Of a DNA stretch of 64,000 bases, positions 18,955 to 28,714 are shown piece after piece. A program made the translations under genes and the position numbers. Each line of letters begins with the position of its first letter. Position 1 is the stretch's first letter. The stretch comes from Terriglobia bacterium. GTDB taxonomy: Bacteria; Acidobacteriota; Terriglobia; Acidiferrales; UBA7541. Below the pieces are notes generated by a model that ran no database searches, had not been told where the DNA came from, and worked only from the letters and a program-made list of their open reading frames with translations. The stretch covers positions 448,001-512,000 of the forward strand of contig OY968796.1 in assembly GCA_963695545.1 (NCBI GenBank), read 5' to 3'.

Positions 18955-19353
18955 TTACTTCCATTCCCAGATCTTCGTGCGCGTCTTCCCTTCGGTGTCG
19001 ACCTCGTATTCAAAGACGCCCGGCGCGGCATTCAATCGCGCGAGCTTTTGCGACGCGGTCTGAAAATACAAAATGCCGCGATAACTGACCGCGCCACCCG
19101 GTCCGAATTTTCCCTGGCCCGAGGCCTTCCAACTGGCCATTTCGCCATCCGTCGTGAACGTCGCGCCTTGCCCCTCGCCATAAATGGTTCCGTCGGCTCT
19201 GACAACCGAGGTGTAGGTTCCGAATCCGCTGGTGGCGGCGCCCAGCATCTTGCCGGTATCCTCGAAGGATACTTCCACCGTCGGCGGATTTGTTCCGAGC
19301 ACACGTCTTACGATTCGCTTCCCTGTATTTTCTCCGATCAATTCTCCAAGCAT
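18955..19353 (-). CDS. Hypothetical Gly-rich beta-strand protein
   Basis: 132-aa ORF with GGAGG RBS; alternating beta pattern ending KIWEWK. Confidence 0.85.
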   Translation of the reverse strand: MLGELIGENTGKRIVRRVLGTNPPTVEVSFEDTGKMLGAATSGFGTYTSVVRADGTIYGEGQGATFTTDGEMASWKASGQGKFGPGGAVSYRGILYFQTASQKLARLNAAPGVFEYEVDTEGKTRTKIWEWK

Positions 19354-19616
19354 GGTGTTTCCTCCGGGTGAATTTGAAATGTCGAGCGTGACCTCGCCTA
19401 GATTTCTGGATTGAGCGTTAGCGTTCCGGGGATTTACCCGGCATTTCGGGTGTGGCTCTCTAGCGCGCGCATGCTAATGCTTCTTCCCCGCTCGACACAA
19501 GGTAATTGTGAACAGAGCAGGCGGCCGCGACGTGGGATTCGGGAAGGAGGGGGCAACGCTGGGAGAGGCAAGGGCCGGATCTGCGAAGAGCTAAGCGTCT
19601 GCCGCGACGCCGAGTT

Positions 19617-20315
19617 TCAGGTGCGTATGCGCACGGTGCGTTTTTCGATGCGCTTGGCGTAGTTCGCGCCCTGGAAGATGGCGTCGACGAAAATGCCGGG
19701 GGTGTGAATTTGATTGGGATCGAGCGCGCCGAGTTCGACGAGTTCTTCGACTTCGGCGATCACTTTGTCGGCGGCGGTGGCCATAATGGGATTGTAATTT
19801 CGCGCGGTGCGGCGGTAGACGAGATTGCCCCAGCGATCGCCTTTCCAGGCTTTGATGAAAGCGTAGTCGCCGCGCAGGGCGCGCTCGAGCAGGTAGCGCT
19901 TGCCGGCGAATTCCCTTTCTTCTTTTCCTTCGGCAACCATGGTGCCGACGCCGGTGGGCGTGTAGAACGCGGGGATTCCGGCGCCGCCGGAGCGCAGTCG
20001 CTCGATCAGGGTGCCCTGGGGATTTAGCTCGACTTCCATTTCTCCGGCCAGAACCAATTTCTCGAAGAGTTTATTTTCGCCGACATAGGTGGCGATCATT
20101 TTGCGCACTTGGCGCGTTTCGAGCAGCAGGCCGATGCCAAAATCGGCGACGCCGGCGTTGTTGGAGACGACGGTGAGGTCGCGCGTGCCTTTGCGGCGCA
20201 CGGCGGCGATTAAATTTTCCGGGATGCCGCAGAGACCGAAGCCGCCCATCAGGATTGTGGCGCCGTCTTTGAGGTCGGCGATGGCGGAATCGGCGTTAGC
20301 TACGCGTTTGTCCAT
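19617..20315 (-). CDS. scoA: 3-oxoacid CoA-transferase subunit A
   Basis: MDKRV, GGFGLCGIPE, VSNNAG, YVGEN, PQGTL.ER, IHTPGIFVD. Confidence 0.95.
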   Translation of the reverse strand: MDKRVANADSAIADLKDGATILMGGFGLCGIPENLIAAVRRKGTRDLTVVSNNAGVADFGIGLLLETRQVRKMIATYVGENKLFEKLVLAGEMEVELNPQGTLIERLRSGGAGIPAFYTPTGVGTMVAEGKEEREFAGKRYLLERALRGDYAFIKAWKGDRWGNLVYRRTARNYNPIMATAADKVIAEVEELVELGALDPNQIHTPGIFVDAIFQGANYAKRIEKRTVRIRT

Positions 20316-20410
20316 AGTGGCGGACTCGGGGACGGGGACAACGTCAGCCCAAGACAAGATATATTGCGCGTTTCGCGGATGCAACGCGACTATCGTGTTT
20401 AGAAGATTGT

Positions 20411-20514
20411 GTCGCCCCAACGGGGCTCAAACAAAACAATTGAGGAGGGATTTTTTGGTTCTGCGTATCCAGGGCTTACGCCCTGGGCTAAGCTCTGCCG
20501 CCCCTACGGGGCTG
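20411..20514. repeat. REP-like palindrome cluster
   Basis: gcccc-aac-ggggc 20414-20426, ccagggc-ttac-gccctgg 20469-20486, gcccc-tac-ggggc 20500-20512. Confidence 0.75.
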
Positions 20515-20652
20515 ACATGGAATGGCCGCGTGTCGCTTGCTCCGAATGGCAAGCACGGGCATTGGGATATGCACACAGGCCGAGTCCCTCCGCTGCTTGA
20601 AGCAACTGCGGAAGGGGGCGCGCTTCGCTCCTACAAAACCTAAATTCGGATT

Positions 20653-21579
20653 CTACTGCGAATCGCGGAGAATTTTGTAGAGTTCGCCGGCGGCGGCGAA
20701 TTCATCCTCGAGTTCGCGGCGGCGCAGCAGCGGGCGCAAATTCTCGATGGCCTGGGACATGCGATCGAGCGCGAGATCGATATTGTCGCTGTTGGTGAGC
20801 ACGATATCGCGCCACAGAGCGTAGGGACTGCCGGCGAGGCGCAGCGATTCGCGCAGACCCCGGCCCGCGAGGATCAGCGGCAGGCCGGTTTGGTCGGTTT
20901 GATCGCGCACGACGCCGGCGAGCGCGACGGAGAGCAATTGCGGCAGGTGAGAGACGAAGGCGGCGGCGCGGTCGTGGCTGGCGGCGTCGAGCCACAGAGT
21001 TTGCGCGCCCAATTTATTGAGAAGCGCGACGAAGGCGCGCACGCGCGGGTCAGTTGGGGCAATCCGCTCCGCGGAGTTCGGTGAAGCAACGCGCTCCGCG
21101 CGGCCCGGTTCAACGGCGGCCGCGGCGCTCGCGCGAATCAGGGCGTAGCGCGCGCCGTCGAACAGTTTGGCTTCGGCCGCGGCCACGCCGGAAATTTCTT
21201 TGCCGGCCATGGGATGACCGCCGAGAAAAAGCGCGCGGCCGGTGAAACAGGCCGCGGCTTGTTCGCAAATGGAGCGCTTCGAGCTGGCGGTATCGGTAAC
21301 GAGCGAGCGAGGCGAGGCGGCGCGCGCGATTTCCGGGAGATGTTCGAGGACCGCGCCGACGGGAAGCGCGATGTAGACGAGATCGGCGCCGCAAACGGCG
21401 CGGGCGAGATCGGTTTCGCCGCGATCGATCGCGCCGCGGGCGCGCGCTCGCTTCAAGACTTCGGGCTTGTCCCATCCGACGACGCGCGGGCGCGGGCGGA
21501 GCTTGCGCAGCGCGAGGCCAAACGAGCCGCCGATCAATCCCGTGCCAAGAATCGCAACGCGCTTGAAACCGGCGGGCAT
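20653..21579 (-). CDS. tyrA: Prephenate/arogenate dehydrogenase
   Basis: GTGLIGGS Rossmann motif, DTASSK, GGHPMAGKE, HD...AFVSHLP. Confidence 0.93.
   Translation of the reverse strand: MPAGFKRVAILGTGLIGGSFGLALRKLRPRPRVVGWDKPEVLKRARARGAIDRGETDLARAVCGADLVYIALPVGAVLEHLPEIARAASPRSLVTDTASSKRSICEQAAACFTGRALFLGGHPMAGKEISGVAAAEAKLFDGARYALIRASAAAAVEPGRAERVASPNSAERIAPTDPRVRAFVALLNKLGAQTLWLDAASHDRAAAFVSHLPQLLSVALAGVVRDQTDQTGLPLILAGRGLRESLRLAGSPYALWRDIVLTNSDNIDLALDRMSQAIENLRPLLRRRELEDEFAAAGELYKILRDSQ
21057..21114 (-). repeat. In-frame copies of the 27-bp repeat inside tyrA
   Basis: Minus strand gttgaaccgggc-cgcgcggagcgcgttgctt-caccgaac-tccgcggagcggattgccc, encoding VEPGRAERVASPNSAERIAP. Confidence 0.8.
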
Positions 21580-21582
21580 AGT

Positions 21583-22602
21583 TCAGGCCACGCGCCGTCC
21601 GACGGCGGGGGCGATGATGCGCAATTCGGCCATCAATTGCGCGAACTGTTCGACGTAAAGCGACTGCGCGCCATCGGAGAGAGCGTGCTCGGGATCGCTG
21701 TGCACTTCGACGAGCAATCCATCGGCGCCGGCGGCGACCGCGGCGCGCGCCATCGGCGGAACTTTGTCGCGCAGTCCGGTGCCGTGAGAAGGATCGGCGA
21801 CGATGGGGAGATGAGAAAGTTTTTTGATCACGGGGATGGCGGCGATGTCGAGAGTGTTGCGCGTGTAGGTCTCGAAGGTGCGAATGCCGCGCTCGCACAA
21901 CACTACGTCGAAATTTCCGCCGGCCAAAATGTATTCGGCGGAGAGCAGCAGCTCTTCGATGGTGGCGGAAAGGCCGCGCTTCAGCAGGATGGGCTTGCGG
22001 ACTTCGCCGAGCGCGCGCAGCAAATAATAATTCTGCATGTTGCGCGCGCCGACTTGCAGCATGTCAACGTACGGCAGCATGAGTTGCACTTGCGAGGGGT
22101 CCATGACTTCGCTGACGACCAAGAGGCCGTTGCGATCGGCGGCTTTGCGCATCAGTTTCAAGCCGGGCTCGCCGAGGCCCTGAAACGTGTACGGCGAGCT
22201 GCGCGGTTTGAACGCGCCGCCGCGCAGAACTTTCGCGCCCATGGCTGCGACGCGCTCGGCGATCAAATCGATTTGCTCGGCGGATTCCACGGCGCACGGA
22301 CCGGCCATGACGACAACTTCCGTGCCGCCGATGCGCACGCCGTTGCCTAAATCGACGATGCTGCCTTCGGGACGAAACGTGCGGCTGGCGAGTTTGTAGG
22401 GCTGCGTGATGCGCAGCACCTGGCGCACGCCTTCGAGCAATTCCACATCGCGCGTATCGAAATCCGGGCGCACGCCGATCGCGCCGAGCACGGTGTGCGA
22501 CGCGCCGGTGGAGCGATGAATATCAAACCCCATCTCCACCAGCCGATCGATCACGTGCTGGATCTGCGCTTCGGTGGCGCCTTCTTGCATTACAACGACC
22601 AT
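21583..22602 (-). CDS. aroF: DAHP synthase, type I-beta with N-terminal ACT-like regulatory domain
   Basis: [56 protein letters not shown]. Confidence 0.97.
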   Translation of the reverse strand: MVVVMQEGATEAQIQHVIDRLVEMGFDIHRSTGASHTVLGAIGVRPDFDTRDVELLEGVRQVLRITQPYKLASRTFRPEGSIVDLGNGVRIGGTEVVVMAGPCAVESAEQIDLIAERVAAMGAKVLRGGAFKPRSSPYTFQGLGEPGLKLMRKAADRNGLLVVSEVMDPSQVQLMLPYVDMLQVGARNMQNYYLLRALGEVRKPILLKRGLSATIEELLLSAEYILAGGNFDVVLCERGIRTFETYTRNTLDIAAIPVIKKLSHLPIVADPSHGTGLRDKVPPMARAAVAAGADGLLVEVHSDPEHALSDGAQSLYVEQFAQLMAELRIIAPAVGRRVA

Positions 22603-22656
22603 GTCGAAAACCTCTCGCTTTCTTTTCGCCTGCGGTGCCCGGCGCTACTTGCTCTG

Positions 22657-22962
22657 CTATTTCGATGGCTTCGGGCCCGCGCCTTCGTCGTGCTCTTGCA
22701 TGACTACGCGTTCAACCGAGCGCGCTTCGTCCAGAATTCGCTCGAACAGACGGCGAACCGCTGCGGGAGATAGCGGGCCGCTACTTGCTTTCTCGACAGC
22801 GTCAAGCACTTGGCGCTCGCGATCGGGCTGATAGACCGGCAGGCCACTCGCGCCTTTCAATCGGCCGATTTCAAGCGCGCATTGGGAACGCTCGTTGAGC
22901 AACTCGACCAGACGCAAGTCGATCTCATCGATGCGGCGTCGCCAATCTTCGATCGTTTTCAT
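22657..22962 (-). CDS. Chorismate mutase (AroQ type)
   Basis: RRRIDEID..LVELLNER....IG..K....VY.PDRE. Confidence 0.93.
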   Translation of the reverse strand: MKTIEDWRRRIDEIDLRLVELLNERSQCALEIGRLKGASGLPVYQPDRERQVLDAVEKASSGPLSPAAVRRLFERILDEARSVERVVMQEHDEGAGPKPSK

Positions 22963-23789
22963 GCTTGCGTTCCCCGTCGGCTTAGGCCTTGCACCGCGGC
23001 TTGCTTGAGCAAGCGCACGCGCGCGGCGAGCGCTTGCGATGCTGCGTCAATCGAGCCGGCGCGGTCGATTTCCTCGACGAGCGCGGAACCGACGACGGCG
23101 GCGTCCGCCAATCCGCCGAGCAGAGAAACGTGGCCGGGCAGCGACACGCCGAAGCCGACGGCGATCGGCAGGCGCGTTGCGCGGCGCGTGCGGCGAATCA
23201 ACGCGGGGAGATCGTCGGGCAAAGTGTCCTTCGCGCCGGTGACGCCGGTACGCGAAATCACGTAGAGAAATCCGCTCGAGACTTCGGCGATGCGCGCGAG
23301 GCGCTCGTCGGTTGATGTGGGCGCGGCGAGAAAAATTGTGTCGAGCGCGTGCGTGTGCATCGCGGCGCGGTAATCGGCCGACTCCTCCGGCGTGAGATCG
23401 GTGATCAGCGCGCCGTCGGCTCCGGCCGCGGCCGCTTCGCTCGGCAAAGCGCTCAAGTCCCATTTGCAGCACGGGATTGTAATAGCTGAAGAGCATCAGC
23501 GGAACTTCTGTTTTCGCGCGAAGCGAGCGCACAAGGTCGAGCACGCCTTGCGAGCGTGGTTCCCGCGGCGAGCGAGCGTTCGATGGCGCGCTGAATCGTG
23601 GGGCCATCGGCGACGGGATCGCTGAACGGCACGCCGAGCTCGATGACGTCGGCTCCCGCGGCGGCCAGCGCCAAGACAAATTTCTCCGTGGCGGCGAGCG
23701 AAGGATCGCCGGCGGTGAGATAGGGCGACCAGGCCCATCTCGCCTGCGTCGCGGAGCTTGTCGAATCGCGCTGTGATTCGCGTGGTCAT
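22959..23789 (-). pseudogene. trpA: Tryptophan synthase alpha chain, interrupted by three +1 frameshifts (pseudogene or consensus error)
   Basis: Pieces in alternating frames: [43 protein letters not shown]; extra bases near 23724, 23549 and 23442. Confidence 0.9.
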
Positions 23790-23822
23790 TTAAATTGTGC
23801 GGGCTGCATGGCGACCGCTAAG

Positions 23823-25035
23823 TTAAGCGAACTTTGCGAGCATCTCCATATCTTTGTCGCCGCGGCCGGAAATATTCACGATCACGATTTGATCGCGTTT
23901 CATGCGCGGCGCGCGCACGGCAGTTCGGCGAGCGCGTGCGCGGATTCGAGCGCGGGAATAATTCCTTCGGTGCGCGCGAGTAAACGCGCGGCTTCGATCG
24001 CGGCTTCGTCGCCGACGGCGGTGTATTCGGCGCGATGCTGATCGGCGAGCCAGGCGTGCTCGGGTCCGACCGCGGGATAATCGAGGCCCGCGGAGACCGA
24101 ATGCGTGGTGGCGATTTGTCCGTCGCCGGTTTGCAGCACGTAAGTGTAAGTGCCCTGCAGCACGCCAGGACGCGCGCCGGCAAATCCGGCCGCGGCGGCG
24201 AGACGCGCGGCGTGCTCGCCGAGCGAAGTGCCGCGGCCGCCGGCTTCGACGCCCAACATTTTCACGCTCGCGTCGGGCAGAAATGCGTGGAACAGGCCGA
24301 TGGCATTCGAGCCGCCGCCGACGCACGCGACGAGCAGATCGGGCAAGCGGCCTTCGGCTTCGAGAATTTGCGCGCGCGCTTCGCGCCCGATGACGCTCTG
24401 AAAATCGCGCACGATCTGCGGATAGGGATGCGCGCCGAGCACGGAGCCGAGCAGATAATGCGTGGTGCGCACGTTGGTGACCCAATCGCGCATGGCTTCG
24501 TTGATCGCGTCTTTCAGCGTGCGGCTGCCGGCGGAGACTCCGACAACCTCGGCGCCAAGCATGCGCATGCGCGAAACGTTCAGGCGCTGGCGCTCCATAT
24601 CCTCGGTGCCCATGTAGACGACGCATTCGAGTCCGAGCCGCGCCGCAACCGTCGCCGTACGCCACGCCGTGCTGACCCGCGCCGGTTTCCGCGATGATGC
24701 GCCGCTTGCCCATGCGCACGGCCAGAAAGTCCCTGGCCGAGGCAATTGTTGATTTTGTGCGCGCCGGTGTGCAGCAGGTCTTCGCGCTTCAGATAAATGT
24801 GCGCGCCGCCCCAGCGCGCGGTGAGGCGCTCAGCGAACTGCAGCGGCGTGGGCCGCCCGGCGAAATTGCGCAGCGAGAAATCGAGCTCGCGCTGGAACGA
24901 TGCGTCGGCGCGGGCCTCGGCGTAAGCGCGCTCGAGTTCTGCCAGCGGCTCGACCAGCGTCTCGGGAACGAAGCGGCCCCCGTACGGGCCGTAGCGGCCG
25001 CGCGCGTCGGGCCAGATTTCGATCGATGTGGCCAT
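23823..25035 (-). pseudogene. trpB: Tryptophan synthase beta chain, interrupted by three frameshifts (+1, +1, -1)
   Basis: [55 protein letters not shown] spread over three frames; breaks near 24727, 24659 and 23920. Confidence 0.92.
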
Positions 25036-25081
25036 CTGTTGCTCTGGGCCTTTCAATTTTCGAGCACCCTGAATTACGTTC

Positions 25082-25711
25082 CTAGATTTCGCTCGCTTCG
25101 ACTTCGCGAAAAAACGCGCGCAGGCGCGCGGGGTCTTTTTTGCCGGGGCGCGCTTCGGTTCCGCTGCACACGTCGACGGCAAAAGGCGCCGCGGTACGGA
25201 TTGCTTCGCGCACATTTTCCGCGCGCAGGCCGCCGGCCAGAATCACGCGTCCATGACGTCGCGCGCGCCGCGCGATCGACAAATCCACCGTCCTACCCGT
25301 GCCGCCATAAAGGCCGGGCGCAAAACCATCCAGCAAATTCGCCCAATCGCCACGATACTTTACCAAGTTCGACAGGCGAAAGCCGGGCTTCACTCGAAAC
25401 GCCTTGATCACTTTGTGGCCGAGCGCGTGCACGGATCGAGCGTCGGCCGGCGATTCATTGCCTTGCAATTGCACGGCCTTCAAGTGAATCGCGCGAGCGA
25501 GCGCATCGACCACGTCAGGCCGCCAATCGACGAAAACTCCCACAGGCACCACGCACGAAGGCAAGCGGCGAATAATGTCCCAGGCCTTCGCGGGCGAAAC
25601 CACGCGCGGGCTGGCCGGATGAAAATTGAAACCGAGCATGGTCGCGCCCAAATCCACCGCCAGACGCGCGTCGGCCCAATTGGTGATCCCGCAAATTTTT
25701 ACGCGTACCAT
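25082..25711 (-). CDS. trpF: Phosphoribosylanthranilate isomerase
   Basis: VKICGIT, SPR, VGVFV, GGTG, LAGGL..ENV, VDVCSG.E..PG.KD. Confidence 0.96.
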   Translation of the reverse strand: MVRVKICGITNWADARLAVDLGATMLGFNFHPASPRVVSPAKAWDIIRRLPSCVVPVGVFVDWRPDVVDALARAIHLKAVQLQGNESPADARSVHALGHKVIKAFRVKPGFRLSNLVKYRGDWANLLDGFAPGLYGGTGRTVDLSIARRARRHGRVILAGGLRAENVREAIRTAAPFAVDVCSGTEARPGKKDPARLRAFFREVEASEI

Positions 25712-25720
25712 CGCGGCGCT

Positions 25721-26524
25721 CTAGGCGCTCGCCGCCGTGAGCGCGCTTAAAGCCGCCGCCGGATCGGGCGAGGTCATCAGACTTTCGCCGACGAGAAACG
25801 CGTCAAATCCCGCGGCGCGAAGCTGCGCTAGTTGCGCGTGCTGGCCGAGTCCGGATTCGGCCACGGCGATGCATTCGTCGGGCACGGCGTCGATCAACTC
25901 GAACGAAGTTTCCACGCGCACTTCGAGCGTTCCCAAATCGCGATTGTTCACGCCAAGAATGCGCACGCCGGCTTGGAGCGCACGATCGAGTTCCGCGCGC
26001 GTGTGCACCTCGACCAGGGGCTCCATGCCGAGCTCGCGGCCGAGCGCGAGCAATTCGACGAGCGTTTCCTGCGCGAGCGCCGCAACGATCAGCAGAAACG
26101 AATCCGCGTTGGTGGCGCGCGACTCCCACACTTGCCAGGGATCGAAAATGAAATCCTTGCGCAGTATCGGCAAAGCCACGCGCTTGTGCGCCTGCCGCAA
26201 GTAATTCAGATCGCCCTGGAAAAATTCTTCTTCGGTGAGCACGGAGAGCGCCGCGGCGCCGGCGCGCTCAAATTGCGCCGCGAGCGTCGCCGCATCGAAA
26301 TCGGAGCGCAGCACGCCGCGCGAGGGCGAGGCTTTTTTCAGTTCGGCGATTACGTTAAAGGCGTCGCGGGAGAGGGCCGCGGCGAAATCGCGCACGGGAT
26401 CGGCCTTGGCGACGCCCATGCGCAGCACGGCTTCCGGCAGCACGCGCTTGCGATAGGAGACGGCATTACGGCGCGCCTCGATAATGCGCGCAAGCACGCT
26501 GCTCGACTGGGATTCGGGCACCAT
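25721..26524 (-). CDS. trpC: Indole-3-glycerol phosphate synthase
   Basis: IAELKKASPSRG, SVLTE..FFQG, LRKDFI, LVEVH, GVNNRDL, AESG, LVGESLM. Confidence 0.97.
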   Translation of the reverse strand: MVPESQSSSVLARIIEARRNAVSYRKRVLPEAVLRMGVAKADPVRDFAAALSRDAFNVIAELKKASPSRGVLRSDFDAATLAAQFERAGAAALSVLTEEEFFQGDLNYLRQAHKRVALPILRKDFIFDPWQVWESRATNADSFLLIVAALAQETLVELLALGRELGMEPLVEVHTRAELDRALQAGVRILGVNNRDLGTLEVRVETSFELIDAVPDECIAVAESGLGQHAQLAQLRAAGFDAFLVGESLMTSPDPAAALSALTAASA

Positions 26525-26597
26525 GGCACCGCCATCGGCTCCTTGTAAGGGTGCGGAAACAATCAATGCTATGCCCTGCCCCAGGCGAAGTCAATTT
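26470..26597. repeat. Direct repeat A copy 1 (trpC 5' end plus promoter)
   Basis: Ungapped 128-bp match to 28041-28168; I count 10 mismatches. Confidence 0.95.
26566..26594 (-). promoter_or_regulatory. Sigma70-type promoter of the trpC operon
   Basis: Minus strand TTGACT-17 nt-TAGCAT; both hexamers conserved in the second copy at 28137-28165. Confidence 0.7.
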
Positions 26598-26689
26598 GGG
26601 CGCGGGCGAGTACTCAGCCAGTGTCGAATTAGTGCGGTTAGCGGCGGATTTGAAGCGAGCCGCGGCCAACTCGATGGCATGATCGCTGG

Positions 26690-27070
26690 GTGGAAGACTG
26701 GCAAGCCATATTCATTCCTCTCGGACTAGCAGCGGCGATCTTCGCGCTGGGAATCTACTTTAAATTACGCCCTCCGGACATGTCCGCAGCAGGGGCCAGG
26801 AATTTGCAGCAGGCGCTTTGGCTCGGGAGCGCATCCCCCATCGCACTTATACTGCTCGTAGCCCTCGGGCATATTCATTCTCACACCGGCCCTGGCCTAA
26901 GCCTGCCTGCCCTTGCGGGCGCGTGTCTCGGGAATATGCTCAACTTAGTCGCCGTCGTCCTCTGTTTGAGCGAACTAAGTGGCGAAAGCCTTTTCGCTGG
27001 GTTTCTTCTATTGGTCGCACAGGCGCTTTGGATCCTGTATGCAATTCTTGCGCTTTTTTCGGACTTCTGA
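26690..27070 (+). CDS. Small 4-TM hypothetical membrane protein (variable slot 1)
   Basis: 126-aa ORF with four hydrophobic segments; more A/T-ending codons than its neighbours. Confidence 0.7.
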   Translation: MEDWQAIFIPLGLAAAIFALGIYFKLRPPDMSAAGARNLQQALWLGSASPIALILLVALGHIHSHTGPGLSLPALAGACLGNMLNLVAVVLCLSELSGESLFAGFLLLVAQALWILYAILALFSDF

Positions 27071-27094
27071 GACTTCGCGGCGCTGCTTTTCCCC

Positions 27095-27123
27095 TTGCAC
27101 TTCGATGTGAGAGGCGATAAACT
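27095..27123 (+). promoter_or_regulatory. Sigma70-type promoter of padR copy 1
   Basis: TTGCAC-17 nt-TAAACT. Confidence 0.65.
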
Positions 27124-27158
27124 GTTCCCCGTAGAAGCACAAGGGGGCAACACATCTC

Positions 27159-27491
27159 ATGGGCAACACTCGAATCGATCTCCCGCAGGGCACGCTCGAT
27201 TTGCTAATCCTGAAAACTTTGGCGCTCGGGCCGCAGCACGGCTGGGCCATTTCGCAGCGCGTGCAGCAGATTTCGCGCGACGTTCTGCGCATTCAGGAAG
27301 GATCGCTCTATCCCGCGCTGCATCGCCTGGAGCGCCGCGGCTGGCTGAAGGCGCGCTGGGGCGCGTCGGAAAACAATCGCCGCGCGAAATTTTACGAACT
27401 GACGAGCGCGGGCCGGAAACAGCTCGAAACCGAAAAAAGCGCCTGGCGGAAATTGACCACCGCCGTCGGCCACGTGCTGGAAACCGCGTAG
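27159..27491 (+). CDS. PadR-family transcriptional regulator, acidobacterial type (copy 1)
   Basis: [12 protein letters not shown]...HGW.I..R...[13 protein letters not shown]...[18 protein letters not shown]. Confidence 0.96.
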   Translation: MGNTRIDLPQGTLDLLILKTLALGPQHGWAISQRVQQISRDVLRIQEGSLYPALHRLERRGWLKARWGASENNRRAKFYELTSAGRKQLETEKSAWRKLTTAVGHVLETA

Positions 27492-27500
27492 GACCAAGCG

Positions 27501-28055
27501 ATGTGGAACGATCTGCGAATTCGCCTGCGAGCGTTGTTTCAGCGCGAGTCGGTCGAAACGGAGATGAACCACGAATTGCGCTTTCACGTGGAGCGACGCG
27601 TGGAGATGCTCGTGCAATCGGGCGTGCCGTTTGCGGAGGCGCAGCGACGCGCGCGCGCGGCATTCGGCGGAAGCGAGCAGATCAAGGAGGAATGCCGCGA
27701 TGCCCGCGGCATCAGCTTCCTCGAAACGCTGTGGCAGGACATTCGCTACGGATTACGCACAATGCGCAAGACTCCGGGCTTCACGATTGTGGCAGTGCTC
27801 ACGCTCGCGCTGGGCATCGGCGCCACCACCGCGATTTATTCGGTCGTAAGTCCGCTCGTGCTGGAACCACTTCCCTTCCGCGATCCATCACAATTGGTGA
27901 CGGTGCTCGAAACGAACAAAGGCGAAGGCCTTGACTGGCTTTCCGTCACGCCCAGCAATTTCCTCGAATGGCAGCGCCGATCGACGGCATTTGAATCGAT
28001 GACAGGGTTTTACGGTACGGCCTGCCGCCTGGCGGAAGAGGGCGCGCCGCAATGA
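27501..28055 (+). pseudogene. N-terminal fragment of an ADOP/MacB-FtsX-type ABC permease
   Basis: ELRFHVE...[56 protein letters not shown]; ends at 184 aa where repeat A copy 2 begins (full-length family members are far longer). Confidence 0.9.
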
Positions 28056-28168
28056 TGCGCGCAAGCACGCTGCTCGACTGGGATTCGGGCACCATGGCAC
28101 CGCTGTCGGCTCCTTATAAGGGCGTGGAAACCATCAATGCTATGCCCTGCCCCAAGCGAAGTCAATTT
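28041..28168. repeat. Direct repeat A copy 2: first 18 codons of a diverged trpC (28095-28041, minus) plus promoter
   Basis: Minus strand reads [18 protein letters not shown] versus [18 protein letters not shown] in intact trpC. Confidence 0.93.
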
Positions 28169-28311
28169 AGCGGCCAGCCTCGCTACGGGTGATCCTCGGT
28201 CCCCGCGTTTTGCGGACGCCCCCTCTCAGCAGTACCCGGACAACCGAGCGCTACGCTATTATTGCGGGTACGGCAAGCGGCTCCGGCCAATTCTGGCCCG
28301 AGGAACATCGG

Positions 28312-28611
28312 ATGTGGGACTGGCTAGATCGCTATGTGCAGCGGCAAGGCGACCTTCGAGATGGCGTGGACGCGGATCTTGTTCGCGCCAATCGCAGACG
28401 ATTTAAACTCTCCGCGCTATTGTTTGGCTGCGCCTTCCTACTGTTCGGAATTGTGGCGAAAGTTGGCCTCCCCGAGACTTGGCGCACTGTCGTAGTAGCT
28501 CTGACGATGGCATTTTTTGTAGGCGGCATGATCACAGGGGAATGGGCCCGCCAGGAGCAGGTCTTTCTCGACAGGCCCGATCCGAAAGAACCACCGAGCT
28601 TGTTGAAATAG
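28312..28611 (+). CDS. Small 2-TM hypothetical membrane protein (variable slot 2)
   Basis: 99 aa from an ATG preceded by GAGGA; two hydrophobic helices; no visible similarity to the slot-1 protein. Confidence 0.7.
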   Translation: MWDWLDRYVQRQGDLRDGVDADLVRANRRRFKLSALLFGCAFLLFGIVAKVGLPETWRTVVVALTMAFFVGGMITGEWARQEQVFLDRPDPKEPPSLLK

Positions 28612-28714
28612 CCTGGGCGCAAGGAACGGACTACCCCGGCGGAATTGCATTCGGAGACTGCTCGGAACCGAGACGCGGCACGTCCCTTGCGCTCGTTACT
28701 CCCACATCGCTTTT

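Larger units (their letters stand above)
27085..27491 (+). repeat. Direct repeat B copy 1 (padR promoter plus padR)
   Basis: Ungapped match to 28709-29115; central ~320 bp identical by eye, mismatches only at the two ends. Confidence 0.95.

Noticed and set aside
19393..19415. Possible PadR operator upstream of the 18955-19353 gene
   Set aside because: Palindrome too imperfect and not clearly similar to the IR at the padR promoters
23430..24740. Programmed frameshifting or phase variation in trpBA
   Set aside because: Six independent shifts, none at a slippery heptamer or long homopolymer
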